A stretch of DNA of 64,000 nt from Camelus ferus (Eukaryota). A model generated the notes under the pieces. The model saw only the letters and a list, made by a program, of their open reading frames with translations. It searched no databases and was not told where the DNA came from. The stretch covers positions 54,128,001 to 54,192,000 of the forward strand of contig NC_045696.1 of assembly GCF_009834535.1 (NCBI RefSeq). Reading direction: 5' to 3'. How positions within the stretch are numbered: position 1 is the stretch's first letter; each line of letters begins with the position of its first letter. Of this stretch, positions 1 through 13,768 are shown one piece after another. A program made the position numbers and the translations under genes.

Positions 1-1439
1 AACATAGGTATAGGCAAGAGCAGAATTATTTTTATACTTGCCCCACGATGGAAATAACCCTCTTATGGTGAAGACTTTGATTAAGGCTGCCAATCCAAAA
101 AGCCTTTCATTTAGTTTCTGTGATACAACTCATTTTTTTCTGTAGCTTAAGCTCCTTGACTTAATTTTCTAAATTCTATGACACCCAGACCAGCACTATA
201 TTCTACAGTTTTAGGGTGTTCAGTAAATGATATGCCGTTATCAACATTCTGAAAGTTTGGCATTATGTTCCAAATGCTGACTTTTCTTCCTGGCAGGGGG
301 AGGAGGGTAATCTAGAGCAGTAATTGAGCGCATCATTATTTGTCACTGATAATAGCTATACAAATCAAACATCAATCTACTAAAATGTTTCTCTGGTTTG
401 GCCCTATACAGAATTCCAATTATGTCAAAATATTTAATCTCTGGAGGGGTAATATGAGTGTATGTGTCTCTGCATATATAAAAGTAGACACAAAGTCCTT
501 GAAACACTCAACATCTGCTCAGCCAACATTTCAAGGGTATTTAAGCTTAATGCCATCAATATTAATTCACATATAAGATGAAAGTTTCAGCCTCAACCTT
601 TGCTTAACAGTATTGAGTTAATCACCAACTATCCACTAAGATAGGGCCAGTCTACTGGCAATTGTGACCAAGTGCAGTAACGTTAGCAAAGAAAGTGCAA
701 GAAGTCATGGCCAGGGAGTAAATGTCCAGGAAGGCACCTGGTAAGGGCATTTAATTGAAAGGAATGTGAGGACAGAGGTGGGGAAGCTGTAACTGGGAGA
801 GAAAATGGAAAGCAGTGTTCACTGAAATCCAGCAAAGACAGATATTTGTATCAGAGATGCAGAATGGAAGTGGAGTGGACAGGAGAGCCTTGTTATTTCA
901 CATTTTGGAGAAGGACTGAAAAAAGAAAAGACTCAAAAAGATTGCTTTTGAAATGTACATTATTTCTCTTACTGAGAAGGAGGAAGCTTCTATAACTCTA
1001 CCTCCTTTGCAACAAAACCGCTGCTTTCACTGCCTTCTAGGTAAGTGTCACCTTCATCTCCAGACCTTGTCTGTCCCTGGCAATGGCTGAAAGGCATTCG
1101 CCCTGGACTCCTGTGAATATGTCATCTAATGAAGACATCTATTAATATGGGCACATTACAGCTCGCCATCTGGCTCTGCCTCTCAGACCGCCCTCCTCCC
1201 TATAGATCTGCACACACAGAGCGCACTGTGCCTAATCAATTATTTATCCATTTCCCTCAGTGCCCAACAGACCCAGCCTCCGCTCTCTGCTGTAAGGCTG
1301 CTGAGGGCTGGTGACACACATTTCAGGCCTGAAAACACTTTTCACCCAAACCCAACATTGAGCACTATAAAGTGCTCATATTATCCTCATTCTGTCCTTT
1401 CCTCTGGATCCCCTTGGGGGTCCCCTTCACAAAACACAC

Positions 1440-1645
1440 TCTGAAATCAGACTCTGGAGGGAACCCAACTTTTCCTCCAACTTGTGTCCTTGGAAAGTTG
1501 GTTAACTTCGTTTGCCTCAGTTTCCTCATCTGCAAAATCGAGATGATCATGGGACCTGTACCATTAGAACAGGCTTGTTTTGATTAGTAAATGAATAAGG
1601 GTATGTAAAGAGCTTAGACTAGTACTTGGCCCATAGTAAGCAAAG
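1440..1645 (+). mobile_element. MIR SINE
   Basis: Core tgcctcagtttcctcatctgcaaaat; tail gtaaagagcttag...tggcccatagtaagc. Confidence 0.85.
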
Positions 1646-4600
1646 TTATTTTGTTATTTTTCCCTCTTTTATCTGACCACATGTCTTAATCTGCTCATTC
1701 TTTTTTCATATTTATCTTCATTTTTCTTAGAGTGTCTGTAACAAAAACAGCCTGTATCTTTTTCACATTATTCTTTTCATACCTTTTCAGCCTTTCCCTT
1801 TTCAACAATAATAACATATTGTCCTTCTAACTTGCTCTTATTCTTTACCCTGGTTTTCTTTGTAATTTTACCTTTTTTGTTCACTCTTAACTCTCTAATA
1901 TTTCTCCTTTGCATCTCTTTTTGTCACTTCAAGAACTTTTTCCAGGCACAAACCAAGAATGAGCTAAATTGCTATAGTAAATTTAATTGTCATAGTATTT
2001 TGTAGTAAGTGTTTTTTGAAAATATAAATACTTATTTAAATTATTAGAAAACATTAAATATCTTATCCTTAAATGAAGCTGAGATTGTTTTTCAGTTGTG
2101 TTACTATGAAGCAGTCCTGTGATGAAAACCAGCCAGTGAGATACAAACTCTTCCTGCCTCACTCCTGCAGGTTTACCCTCCTCGCCTTTTCCTTCCCTGC
2201 TCCAATTTTGTAAGAAATATCATTTTAAGTAAAAGATATAATATAGGTGCTTTAACTTCAAACTTCTTATTCACCCCATTCAAAAATGTTATTGACAATC
2301 ACATCTCAGAAAATAAATTATTTTGACTTGGTATTTCTCTGGAACCTTTGGTTAAACTGAGTCATTCTGGTTGAAAAGGAAAAGCAGAAAGTCTGAGCTC
2401 TGCTTTTGGATACATCCCTGGTTGGCATTTATCCATCTGAGAGTTATTCAAATTCATAAAAGAAAAAGTTCTTCCAACAAAGGACTTTACAATTTCATTA
2501 ATGCATTTATTCAAAAATGCATTCATTCTAGTATATAACAAGATTCTCCCTGAGCACTGAGGAACTCTAGCAAAAATCAGGTGTACCCTTCTCCTTGGCT
2601 CCTTTCCTCAGCTTACATGGATAGGCTTGATTTTAAGAGACACCAAACATCAGGGGCAATATTCTCAACTTGGCAGAATAACTGCTCTACAGGGAAGAGA
2701 GTGGTGATGCCAAAATGCAAATATCCACTGAGCACTGTTCCTGAGGGCATGTTGTTCTATCTGTGTTTAATGAAGACTGGGATATGGGCCTGTGTTAGTG
2801 AATGGCTGGCTCTATGTGTTTTTGCAAAATGATGAGATGGGAAAAAATGAATATTTATGCTGTCTTTGATTCTTCTAAATTTTCCACCAAACTGCCTGTC
2901 TGTGCTTTAATACTGTCATTAATAATAGAAATTAGGATAATGTAATTAAATGCCCTTGGGCATCACCTGAGTGTTTCAGTACAACTGTGATGCCCTGGGG
3001 CTCCCTGATTCTAATGGTCTCATGCTTAGCACACCACATGAACATACCTAGTTTGGCTCTTTTATTTCTTGCCTGAAACTACCTCTCTGCTACAATTCTT
3101 TGGCTTTGGCTGCAATTAGATTTACACTTTACTGTACTGTAAAAACCTCATTTGATGATCCATATCCATCTTCTATAAAACTTGGTTCCAGTGGAGGTGA
3201 GAGAAGCCCTTCATCCATGGCATATAAGGCAGCATCCAGAGCAGAGGATTTTGACTTTTCTGTGCCTTATGAGGCCATCAGTGACATTAATGTCTCCATG
3301 CATTAGAAGTGCTACAGTCATATATTGCAGGATCACTGAAGCTGCTTTGAGTAGAGGATAAAAATGCCATTCACTTTACACATTGAAACCAAATGTTTTA
3401 TAAGCCTACTCCTTCCAGATTTAGAAAGCAAGACCAGATTCTTCACATATTGAAGGAAAGACACAGGGGCAAAACAAATTCAGAAAAGAATTAGAAATCC
3501 AGGCTGAAAGGGGAAATCAGACCTTCACAGAAGGCTTGGGAAACAGTGTAAGTGAGATACACAAGTATCAGTAAGACTGAAAAAGCAGACTGACATGAAA
3601 TATATAATTAGGACCAATCATAAAACGTGTAGTCTTAAAAAGGCTGAAGAACATACAATCCGAAGGGGTTGTGGGGTAGTGTTCTAAAGATATAGAAGTG
3701 CACAGTCTTTGAAACAGATCCTCAAGACAGAGAATCATTTCTAACTTCTATCCTCCTACACCCTTCAGGGATGAGTTTCCAGGCTCAAGGTTACTCCCTT
3801 CTCTCCTTATTCAACTTTCTTCACCCTCCCTGTACAATAATATGGAGACTGAGACTAATGCTCTGTGTGACTCTCCTTGGCCAGGAGTGCAGGGACTGCA
3901 GAAAGATGACTGCTTTTGGCAGAGGCCCAGAGGGGAAAATTTATTTACTGCCTTGTCGATGTCTGGTGAGATGGGCTGCTGCCTCTCCACATTCATTATA
4001 AAGTGCTCATGGGGCTAGAGCAGAAACTTAAAAACTGCTTTTGATTTGGTAACCTAAATAAAAGTACTAAAACTCACAACACAAGAGTCACAATAAACGA
4101 CCAGTCTGGAGGTACGCCAGCAGAAGTCATGGCGCAGAGAAAGGAACCCACTGCTTTCTCGCTGTCCAGGGTGCTGATACCGGAGTCTACTCCAAACAAA
4201 GCAGACTAAAAGACCTATTTGCCTGTGTGATATTTTAAAGTAAAATGAACAACATTTGATTGATAACTTTCCTTTTTGTTTTGGTGGCAGTAACGCTGCA
4301 ATGTAATATTTATTTAGCAGTTTTCAAAATACTTTCACCTTCAGCCCTCATTTTCAAGCTAATAGGAGTTTGTGATTAATAAAGAACTTTTACAATTAAG
4401 GATCATTACTTTTGCTACATTTAAATTCAAATTACCTGGGATACTCAATTAATCAATCTTTTAACAATATTAAAACAGTCAAGGCCTGTCACACTCTTGT
4501 CTCTGATGGAAGAGGACTCAGATTCCAGCCAAACTAATGAACCACTCTGAAGGGAGGTAACAATATATTCTACCCGTGTTGTTCACGCAGCCTTTTTCCC

Positions 4601-6279
4601 TCTTTTTTGTAATGAAGAAAAGACATATGTCTGTACTGAAATGTCTGTTGCCATCTTACTCTCCCGTCTGGCTATCACATGGCTAATTGTCCTAAAACAG
4701 CTGGATGAAGCAATAGCATCTTTAATGGCTCGACTGAAATATGGTCAGGCAGAATGAGTACAGCTATATGCCCTGCTCCCACACAGCAAAATATCTTCCA
4801 AGAAAATGTGCTTTTAATAAATTCTGTAGCCCTGAAATCCTTTTTTTTCCTTTTTCACATCATTGTCTGTGCTTTTTATGATATCCCCACAGAACAATCC
4901 TAGTTTCTTTCAGAGATAGCTACCTAAACTGTCTTTCCAGAAAAAAGAAATCCTGTTTTATTCAGGATGCTGAGTATTCTAAGTTTGTGATGCGAACTAG
5001 GAACATGACACACATTATAATAATGTTTGTTTATCTAGAATTTTGTCATCTGCAAATTCATCAAGTGCTTCCTTCATCTTCCAGTAGAAGGCTAATAGAT
5101 ATTTATGTGATAGCAACTTGAACATTTTCAGAGAGAGTAATTTGTGAATAAATGGTAATTTCCATTCATTGGTTAAGAGGAACATTCTTATTGTCAGAAC
5201 ATTCCATCGCCAGTCATTCTTAATAAAGGCTGCTTAGTTCATAAGGCTTAATGTATAGATGCTTAGTTTCTACAGTGGGTGTCTGCTACATGGATTGTCT
5301 CTTCTCTGAAAGTTAAGCGGTTTATTCTCTAAATCAAGACTTATGAATGTACAGGCTGTTATTCTAGATTCTAAAACTGCCTTTGTTAATTATATTCATA
5401 TAAATTCTCAATCCCCTTTTAGAGTCTTCCTAAATTACCTGCTTAATATTGTCCAGCATCAGTGACTTTCATAGGTTAATTATTCCCCACATAAAAGGCA
5501 TCAGCTTTGTCCAGACAAAATTTGTTACCTTGTCATTTGATTAACTTTTTCCCTTTGGTTCAAAGAAACAGAATAAGGTGAGGAGTCACTGGCCATCTAT
5601 CTAATAACAATGCATCACATTCACAGAACATCTATCTATCCATCTATCATAGCTCTATATATTCATAAACACAAGATGGCTCTTCAGTCACAGAGAAATA
5701 AAGGGGGGGGACAGAAAGATCACCAGTTTCACTCCTACTCTGTCTCTCCACTTTGTATGTAAAGGACAGTCTGACCTCAGTACTATCTTCTCTGTTACTT
5801 GTGAGGTATCCCAGAAAGGCCATGTTTGATTTGACTGAAGGAATAGAGGGAAAGTCAGGGAGGGGTAATGGCAGGTTTTACATTTAGATGGGAAAAGGCA
5901 TCTTCTGGCAGATCCTCATAGTCTAATATCCTTTTGTGCTGTTTCCTTTTCTCTAACCCTACGTTGACACCTGGAAGCTAAGGAAGGCTCTTGCCTTAAA
6001 TATTGTATTTGTAAAAGTAGCCATTAGTTCATAAAAGACATGTATGTCTTTTCATCATCTCCAAAGATTCCCTCTATAATCTATTTCCAGGACCACTGAA
6101 CACTCATTCCATCTAGTTTATCTTTTAATTTTCCTTTAGTCCTCTAATGTCCTTTGTCCCCCTAATGTTTAAGCTCTTTAAAGTTGGAAATTAATTACTG
6201 TTTGCACGAAGCATAGTGCATGCTTAATAAGTATCTGTGGAAATGAACTGCAAGATCAAGCCTAGCTTGGTACTCAAGG

Positions 6280-6700
6280 CCAGCATATCTAACAACATTT
6301 TTGACATCTTCAGTTGGCTGATTCATAGTTGTAGTCAGTTAAAATGTCCAAAATGGAACTCTTGATTCCATTTCTAAACCAGTCCCTCACTCCAAATCCT
6401 ACTCAACTCAGAAGAAGGCACCACTGACCACTGAGTTACTTAAGCTAGAAAACGTGGAAATATCCTTCGTTATTCACTTTCTTTCATCTGCTACATCCAA
6501 TTTATCAATGATCTATTCTGCTTTTAGCTTCAAAATATCATATCTAATCTGTCTTTATCTCTCAATTCCCAAAGCTGCCTATATAGTCTGGATCCCTGGA
6601 GCAGCCCTGGCATGATTTTATCTCTTCTATATTATCCTGAGTCACTTGCTCACCTGCACCTTTACCATCCCCACCATACTCAGGCCAATGGCCCCTGTCC
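6280..6700 (+). mobile_element. L2 LINE fragment
   Basis: catatctaac...ttgacatct...aaatgtccaaaatggaactcttgatt...catccaatttatc...ttcaaaatatc is typical L2 3' ORF sequence. Confidence 0.7.
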
Positions 6701-7383
6701 TCCTGGAGCTTACATTCTTGTTGGGTAAGAGACACAAAAAAGAGGCCAATAATCATAATGCCAACAGCCTGTGGTTAAGTTCTGCAAAGAAAATGAACAA
6801 GCAATTCAGATGACAACAGGAGAGTACCTTGGTTTCTCTCATACTTTGAGTCTCAGTAAAAGGTATCTCCTCAAGGGACACTGTTGTGAATAGCCTTTCC
6901 TAAATGAGGTCCCTTACCACTGACTTAGCACGTAGTGCAAACTCAATATTGGTTATTGCTGGAAGGATGAATCTTACTTTCATCCTTGCTTTCTAATTTT
7001 ATCTCTCTGGTAAGTCAATTTTTATTCTTCACTATAGATACTAAAAATGCCAGTCTTTTAACAAAAATTTTAAATACAGAAACCATGGTGTGTTTGTGTA
7101 TGTATGGGTGTGTATGTGTGTTCTCTGTTAAGCTAAAATCAACTTGAATTTATATCCAGCTTTTTTACACCCTGAGTTACTCATTCCTTTTACTTTCTGC
7201 CCCAGGAATCAGATTCTATATTGGTTAATTTTCAATGACCAAAAATTTAGAGAAAGTTGTCAGGTGGAATAGCTGAAATGTCAGTTACAATAGAGCATAG
7301 TATTAGTTTAAAATTTGCCTTTTGGTGCATATTTCAGGTAGTTTAAAAATAAATATATCATTTAAGGTTTGAGGTTTAGAGAG

Positions 7384-7384
<1 letters not shown>

Positions 7385-7414
<30 letters not shown>
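7385..7414. repeat. (TG)15 microsatellite
   Basis: Perfect dinucleotide run. Confidence 0.97.
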
Positions 7415-7418
<4 letters not shown>

Positions 7419-8649
7419 GGTTTATAAACTGTTTTTGTATTTTAAGATTGGCAGTCACCATTCAAGTGGCTTGACAAGCCCATTTTTAGCTCAAAATGCT
7501 CATCCCTTTTGAATTATGAAATCCTGAATTCTCATGTGTCTCACGTTATCTATCTATACTGTAAAAAAGTGGAAATAATTAAAATAGTCCATCTAATGAT
7601 CCTCTTTTAAATTCATATAGCATTTTTAATTAGATGGCATTGAGAGAGAGATATATTATTTTCCACTGGCCATCAAATCCTGGATGTCTCCTCTCCCAAT
7701 ACCATCTGTATATCTACCTAGCTATCTGTCTGTCTATCTATCTATTTATCTATTCTCAGATGAAATTAATTCTCAAAAATTAAAAACACATGTCTCTCAT
7801 ACTCTTTTAGAATATTAGAAAGTCCTGTTTATTACTAATTCTGTCACAGCTGAGACGGTGAAAGTATCACTCAGTAAGTCAGCATATAGTTATGTTGTAC
7901 CTTAGCAATGTGCCTCCATCCAATAAAGACATATGAGTAAACACTTGTCATATTTTGAATATTATGCTTTATAAACATAGAGAAATTCCAAAACAAATTT
8001 GTAAATCAGTCTTCTCTAGTATCAAAAAGGTATCAACTCATGCCATGGGACTCATAAGAATGCAATATTAGTATAATAATGAAATAGAAGAATATATTAT
8101 TAAGTGTTTATTTCTAAAAATAAAATTTTCCTGCTATCATGAAATAAAACTCAGATGACAAATTACATAAAAGCATATGTATCTTCACCCATAAAAAGCA
8201 CAGAACACATAAAGATTGAACAATATAATATAAATATTAACTAAATATATACATTTAAGTGTGCATATATGCACAGGACCAAAAGACTGAATAAAAATGT
8301 AGGAAAATGTTAATATTATATCAAGGTGATATTTTTGAGAATTTTAAAGTCTAACTACAGAATAATGTCTTCTGTCTTTGCTAAAACATCTGGGTTGAAA
8401 ATCGAATATAAACTTTCTGAAAAGATGAACTACAACCCATAAATTCTGATTAATAACAGCTAGCAGGGTCAGATAATATACACCATCTGGCTGAATCAGG
8501 AATTTGACTAGAAATCTGGACTAAAACAATGACATGCACTTATGCCTTCCTTTTCTCACAGCTAGTACATATGGATGTCATATTTCCTTGCTTGCTTTCT
8601 TTCTTTTTCATTACTAAGGTGATATCAATACATTACATTTAGGAAGCAA

Positions 8650-8815
8650 TTCATCATTTACCAAGAGCTTCCACATGAATTCATCTTTATCATTTCCAAG
8701 ATGGTTCACCACTGAGTTAGCAGAAGAAGCATTTTCATCCCCATTTCACAGATGAGGGCTTGCCTAGGATCACTCAGCCAGAGCTCTAACCTCATCTTAG
8801 AATCCAAGTCAAGCA
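8650..8815 (-). mobile_element. MIR-family SINE (degraded)
   Basis: ccccatttcacagatgagg...ttgcctaggatcactcagc. Confidence 0.65.
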
Positions 8816-11800
8816 TTATTATCTAAAACAGCCTGTGCTAATGGCCATACTTCCAATCACTGACCCCTAATGGTAGCTGAAAGCAATCAATACAAATTAT
8901 TAAATATATATATCAAGTACCTATTGTCTGAGACACGGAGACAGAATAGAAATGCCTATTCATTTCATATATTTAATTTTCTTAATCTGCAATCCCATGT
9001 TCATTCTAGAAGACAGAACACTAAAATCATTTTAAAAATTTTAGACCAAATGATTAATTTAAAGGGGGAAAAAAGTATAGTAGGATCCCACCAAGGGGAA
9101 AGGGGATTGTTTTCTTGTGTTTGGAATGAGTCATGGCCTTACTACAATTGTTGCAGTAACCACAATAATATAGATTTCTGCTTAAATGTGTTAAAGTGAT
9201 TGACATTACGGATTTCATCCAAGGGCTGTATTTGACTAGAAATCATTGGGGGCTATCAGAAAATAGATTAAAACAGTTAGTTAGATAATTTATAAACAAG
9301 ACTTTGGGAATTACTCAATCTTACTCACAGGGAAAGTAGATAAAAGAGGCATGAATCTAGCCCACATTTAACCCACCACTCACTGGATATGCACTGGCCC
9401 TGTCAAATGCCTGGCTTAAAGCTTGGTGGACAATGTACCACATTATTCAGGATTTCTTTAAAACCAATACATTTTTATGTGCCTTGCTGAAATTTCAGCA
9501 TCCACTTCAAAGACAGAAAGAAATACGAACAATTTACACCAGATCATAAAATGATACAATAGCTATTGAAAATAATGCATTCAAAAAAAAGAAACATTTA
9601 AATGATGACATTAACAAAGCACAATTAGAACTCAGTTGGTCTCCACTCTCCCCCAGAGGTTCATAAACCCACAGATGAGGCTCTGAATTAAGAAGCAGAC
9701 ATGGCAAGAGCATCCTAATTATGTCTTGTTTAACCTGACCAGGAAATGTCTTAGATCAGATGTCATTTTATCTTTTTCTTTTCATGTTTTTTCTTTTTGA
9801 TAAATAATGACTTTCAAATATAGAAAGGGAAAACATTACAAAAACGTGGAGTTCTGAATCCCAAAGACCAGGGTTGGGAGAATCTTCCTCCTACTGAGGA
9901 ACAATAACTGGCAGGGTAGGGAGGGAAAGGAGTACCTGTGAGTTTCATGAATTACCTGAGTAATAAGTAGCTTAATTTCATTGTTGTTTAAGAAAGTAAC
10001 TATGAGCAAATTACCACTTGCTCATTATAAAATAAAGAACAAATGTGTGTATATTACCCACACACTCAGTGGCCAATATACACAGACCAACTGTAGAACT
10101 CTACTCAGCTACAAGTAAGGTTTATTATTGTATCTTTAGTTAAAAACTAGAAGTTACATCTCTAATAGTTTGTATGAATATTTATTATACAAAGCACATC
10201 ATTCTTATGGTCTAAGTGGTGGATTTAGAGCATGGATTCAGTAATTTTAACAAATTCTTCTGTTATCTTTATAAAACATTAGACTAATACATCCCTGCAG
10301 GCACACACATACACACAGACTTCCAGCATGAGTAGAGACTGCCCTGTTACTGTCAAGATTCATGTGTCTTGAATAGGCAATAAGAAAGAATTGGCTTCCT
10401 TTACAGAATTCTATTTTAACAAGGCTTATTTCTGTCTGGGTATGCTATACGGTATATTAACTCATTTGTAAAATACTCTCTACCTGGGGTCAGGCTGTAT
10501 TAGAACAGACCAGAATTTCTTGATAAAACGAGAACCAGGCAAACTCTGACATTTTTTGTAGAATACTTTCAAATGCCACAAAACTTTTTGGAAAATATAG
10601 GTTTCTGCCAATTTCAAAGGAAATTTATGTAGTTTGTCATGGGCTTAATATACAAGCCAGGTAAAACTTAGAGTTGTAAGTTGAGTGTTACACTAAGGTT
10701 CCATGGGAGCTCAAACTGGAAATTAAAAGAGAAAGCAAAAAAATTTTTAAATGGAAAATCAAAACAAAATTTATAAAATCTCCATGAACACATACTTTAA
10801 TGATTTCCCCCTCTCTCTAGGCTTAGAGTATATCCTATAAGACATAGGATATATTGAGAATAAAATAGGAAGAATATGAAAAACAATTGTGCTGGAAAGA
10901 AATGTAAGAGCAATGAGTTTTAGGTTTTCGGGAGAGTTCTGTTTTAATGACTGAACCATATTATTTGAGTGGTTTATTATATAATTCAAAATTATGTAAT
11001 TATATAAATTTCCAAATTAACTGTCACCAGTAAAAGATGCAAGTGTCAGGAATCAAAACAAATTACTTGCTAATTAGTTCAAATAATGAGTGGCTCTCAC
11101 TGGGTATACAGTGCATACACTCCTTTTGTAATGGCTAATGCAGTCATATCTGCAGAGAATTTGGAAGTAGGACATACTCTTCTATAAGTAGCTACCAATG
11201 TTATAGCTAAAGCTAGTGACAGTGTACCACAGTATCAAGATTACTCTTCTCAAGGGATTCAAACAGTGAACACTGGCATTCAGATGAGGATATTCTCACA
11301 GACAACAATGTCTACAGTGTAATGGTGGAAAAGTAAGTGATGGGTTTACAATATTTTTCTGTAAAAGAACAACTGACAGAAAGGTAACTTGGCAGTAGTG
11401 GCCAATAATCATTAATAAGACCTTGGAAAATTACAACAGTAACAACAATATGACTCCACTCTTTCCTGGGAAATGATGAATTCTCTTTCTCCAATCTGAC
11501 TTTAGATCAATTACTTCATCAAAAACATTTCTACAGGTCTCCAATCACTTTTATATATACATAAGCCTTGACAATGTATTCACAATTTGATATGAGAGGC
11601 CATTTGGATAGAGAAATAAGCAGTAGGAAGAGCGCACACTGCAGTAAGTGTCAAAAGTATTTTAGTGCAGGTGGGTGCCTAGTAATTAATAGTTTAAAAA
11701 ATAGTCTTTCAAGCTCCATAGACCAAAGCCATGTTATAACTCAAGAAAAATGGTAAAAAATGGTTGCAGATTTTTTTCTAAAGACATCAGCCTTTTTGAC

Positions 11801-13702
11801 TGAAGTAAGAAGAACCAATAAAATCACTGTTTGCACTTGTGGTTGTTAAGTCCATTTTAGTTTTAATACTGATGGGGCTACACACGCTTCCATCACCACA
11901 GCACAAAACAGACAAAAGAATTAAGATGGGAGATGAGATAACACAGACGCTTGAAAACATGAAATGTTAGCAGGACTTGCACAGCCACCACCTGTTACCA
12001 TCTCTCTGCAAAGGTCTTTTACTTCAAAGAACAGATCTAAGGATGCAGTAAGAAGACCCCTGACAAATCATCTCTGGCAATCAAGAGAAGTGATCTACCG
12101 CAGGCATATGGTCTATGAAGGCTCAGCACTTAAGCTCCTATACAGGGTACCGTTTATAAAACTAGGCCTTTTGTATTGAGAGACACATTAAATTTATAAA
12201 AAGTGTAACAACTAGGAAGAAGACATAAATTGTTACTATATCTTATATTTAAGGATTATAAAAATGATTGCTTTATGATGAATTATTTTTAAAGTTCTCG
12301 TTTACCCACTGAGTGATAAATGTAAGATCACAGCCTTTTGGGTCTAATGAAAAATTCACATATTACCTAGTTCAGTGCTCTCATTTACAGGTAACAGCAT
12401 TGATGTGTAGTGACTCAAAACGTGCCGTGACTAGCCAAGTTGTGACTTTGAACGCAAATATACTGGTTCCTAGTGCAGTGATTTTTCTAATATCCCACAC
12501 TGCCTTTCTCTATCCCAAAGATAACATCAAAAGATGAAAATAAAACTAGGTATATAATTATGTCAAATAAGTACATGGACCATGTATGTAAAGATCTAAA
12601 CTATGTGAACTATGTGTTTAAAAGGTTAGGTTGAAGGAGCTGGTTAAAATTCAGTATTTTAGATGAAGGATAGTTTTCATATGCTATGAATCATGCCTGT
12701 GTATCACACTGAAACCAGAATGTTAGGCTTGACACATCATGGATCTCACATAGTTTTTTCAAATTTTCACCATCTTTTTTTTTTACCCCAACTTTTTCAT
12801 CCTCCTTTTCTCAGTAGCCTTGTCTCACTGAAGAGTCATCTCTAGGTATTTAGGGTCTTAAGTGTTTCAGGGAGCTGTCTTTCAGTCAAAGAAATAATTT
12901 ATGATGCTCTTTATGTTTAGTTAGAATTACTTAATTTTACTATTAAATGTCAAGACATTTTCTATCTTTATTTTTTTCTTTACTGATTTTTCAAGAATAC
13001 TTGTAAATGGCTGCTACTGTCCTACATTTTAGAGTAATTCATAGTGATATTTCCAGATCTAAATATTGACAGATCCCCTAAGACCCCACAGTTCAAATAA
13101 GTTATGTAGAAGCCAAAAGAAAGAGGATTTTACATACAAGAAAGTGATTTGGAACAAAATATAATTCAAGGAGACCAGAGATGTATCAGCGTGCAAACGC
13201 AGCATTGAATATACAATTGGACTAAATAAACCCTAAGGTCTCACTTGGCCTATTGTGCTGGAATTAATGGAGCTTTATGAGTTCCTTCGTTTTAGTTTTC
13301 TCCTGATTTCTTGGGCATTTACTTCAGCTCCAGATGAAGACATTTCTCTCTCTCTTTCTCCCCTAGTCTGAAGAGTTTCCCTAGTCTAGACTGCCAGCTT
13401 CCTTTATATCTTTCTCACCATCTGTTATCCCAATATTTATACCCTCATATTCAGGTTTGGCTTCTAGAATGCAGATGACTAAATACTCCTCACAGTCCTG
13501 ACACCTCTTCTTCTCCACCTACCTTTTTCTATCATTTAAGCAGAAACAGCATATGACAAATATTCTTGCCACTATACCCTCTTCCTCACCTCCTGATCAT
13601 GTTATAAGAACCAATAATATTTTACAGATAGGATAAAGTTTCAGGGCACAACCATGAATGTCCTTTTCTGCTCTGAGATTAAATGATTTAAATTTGTGAT
13701 AT

Positions 13703-13768
13703 CAAAACATTATGCTGTACACCAGAAATCAACACACTGTAACTGACTGCACTTCAATTAAACAAACC
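13703..13768 (+). mobile_element. Very short L1 3' tail
   Basis: cattatgctgtacaccagaaatcaacacactgtaactgactgcacttcaattaaa resembles laurasiatherian L1 3' termini. Confidence 0.65.

Noticed and set aside
8870..9199. 109-aa ORF with an ATG start
   Set aside because: No homology I recognise; composition as expected from AT-rich background.
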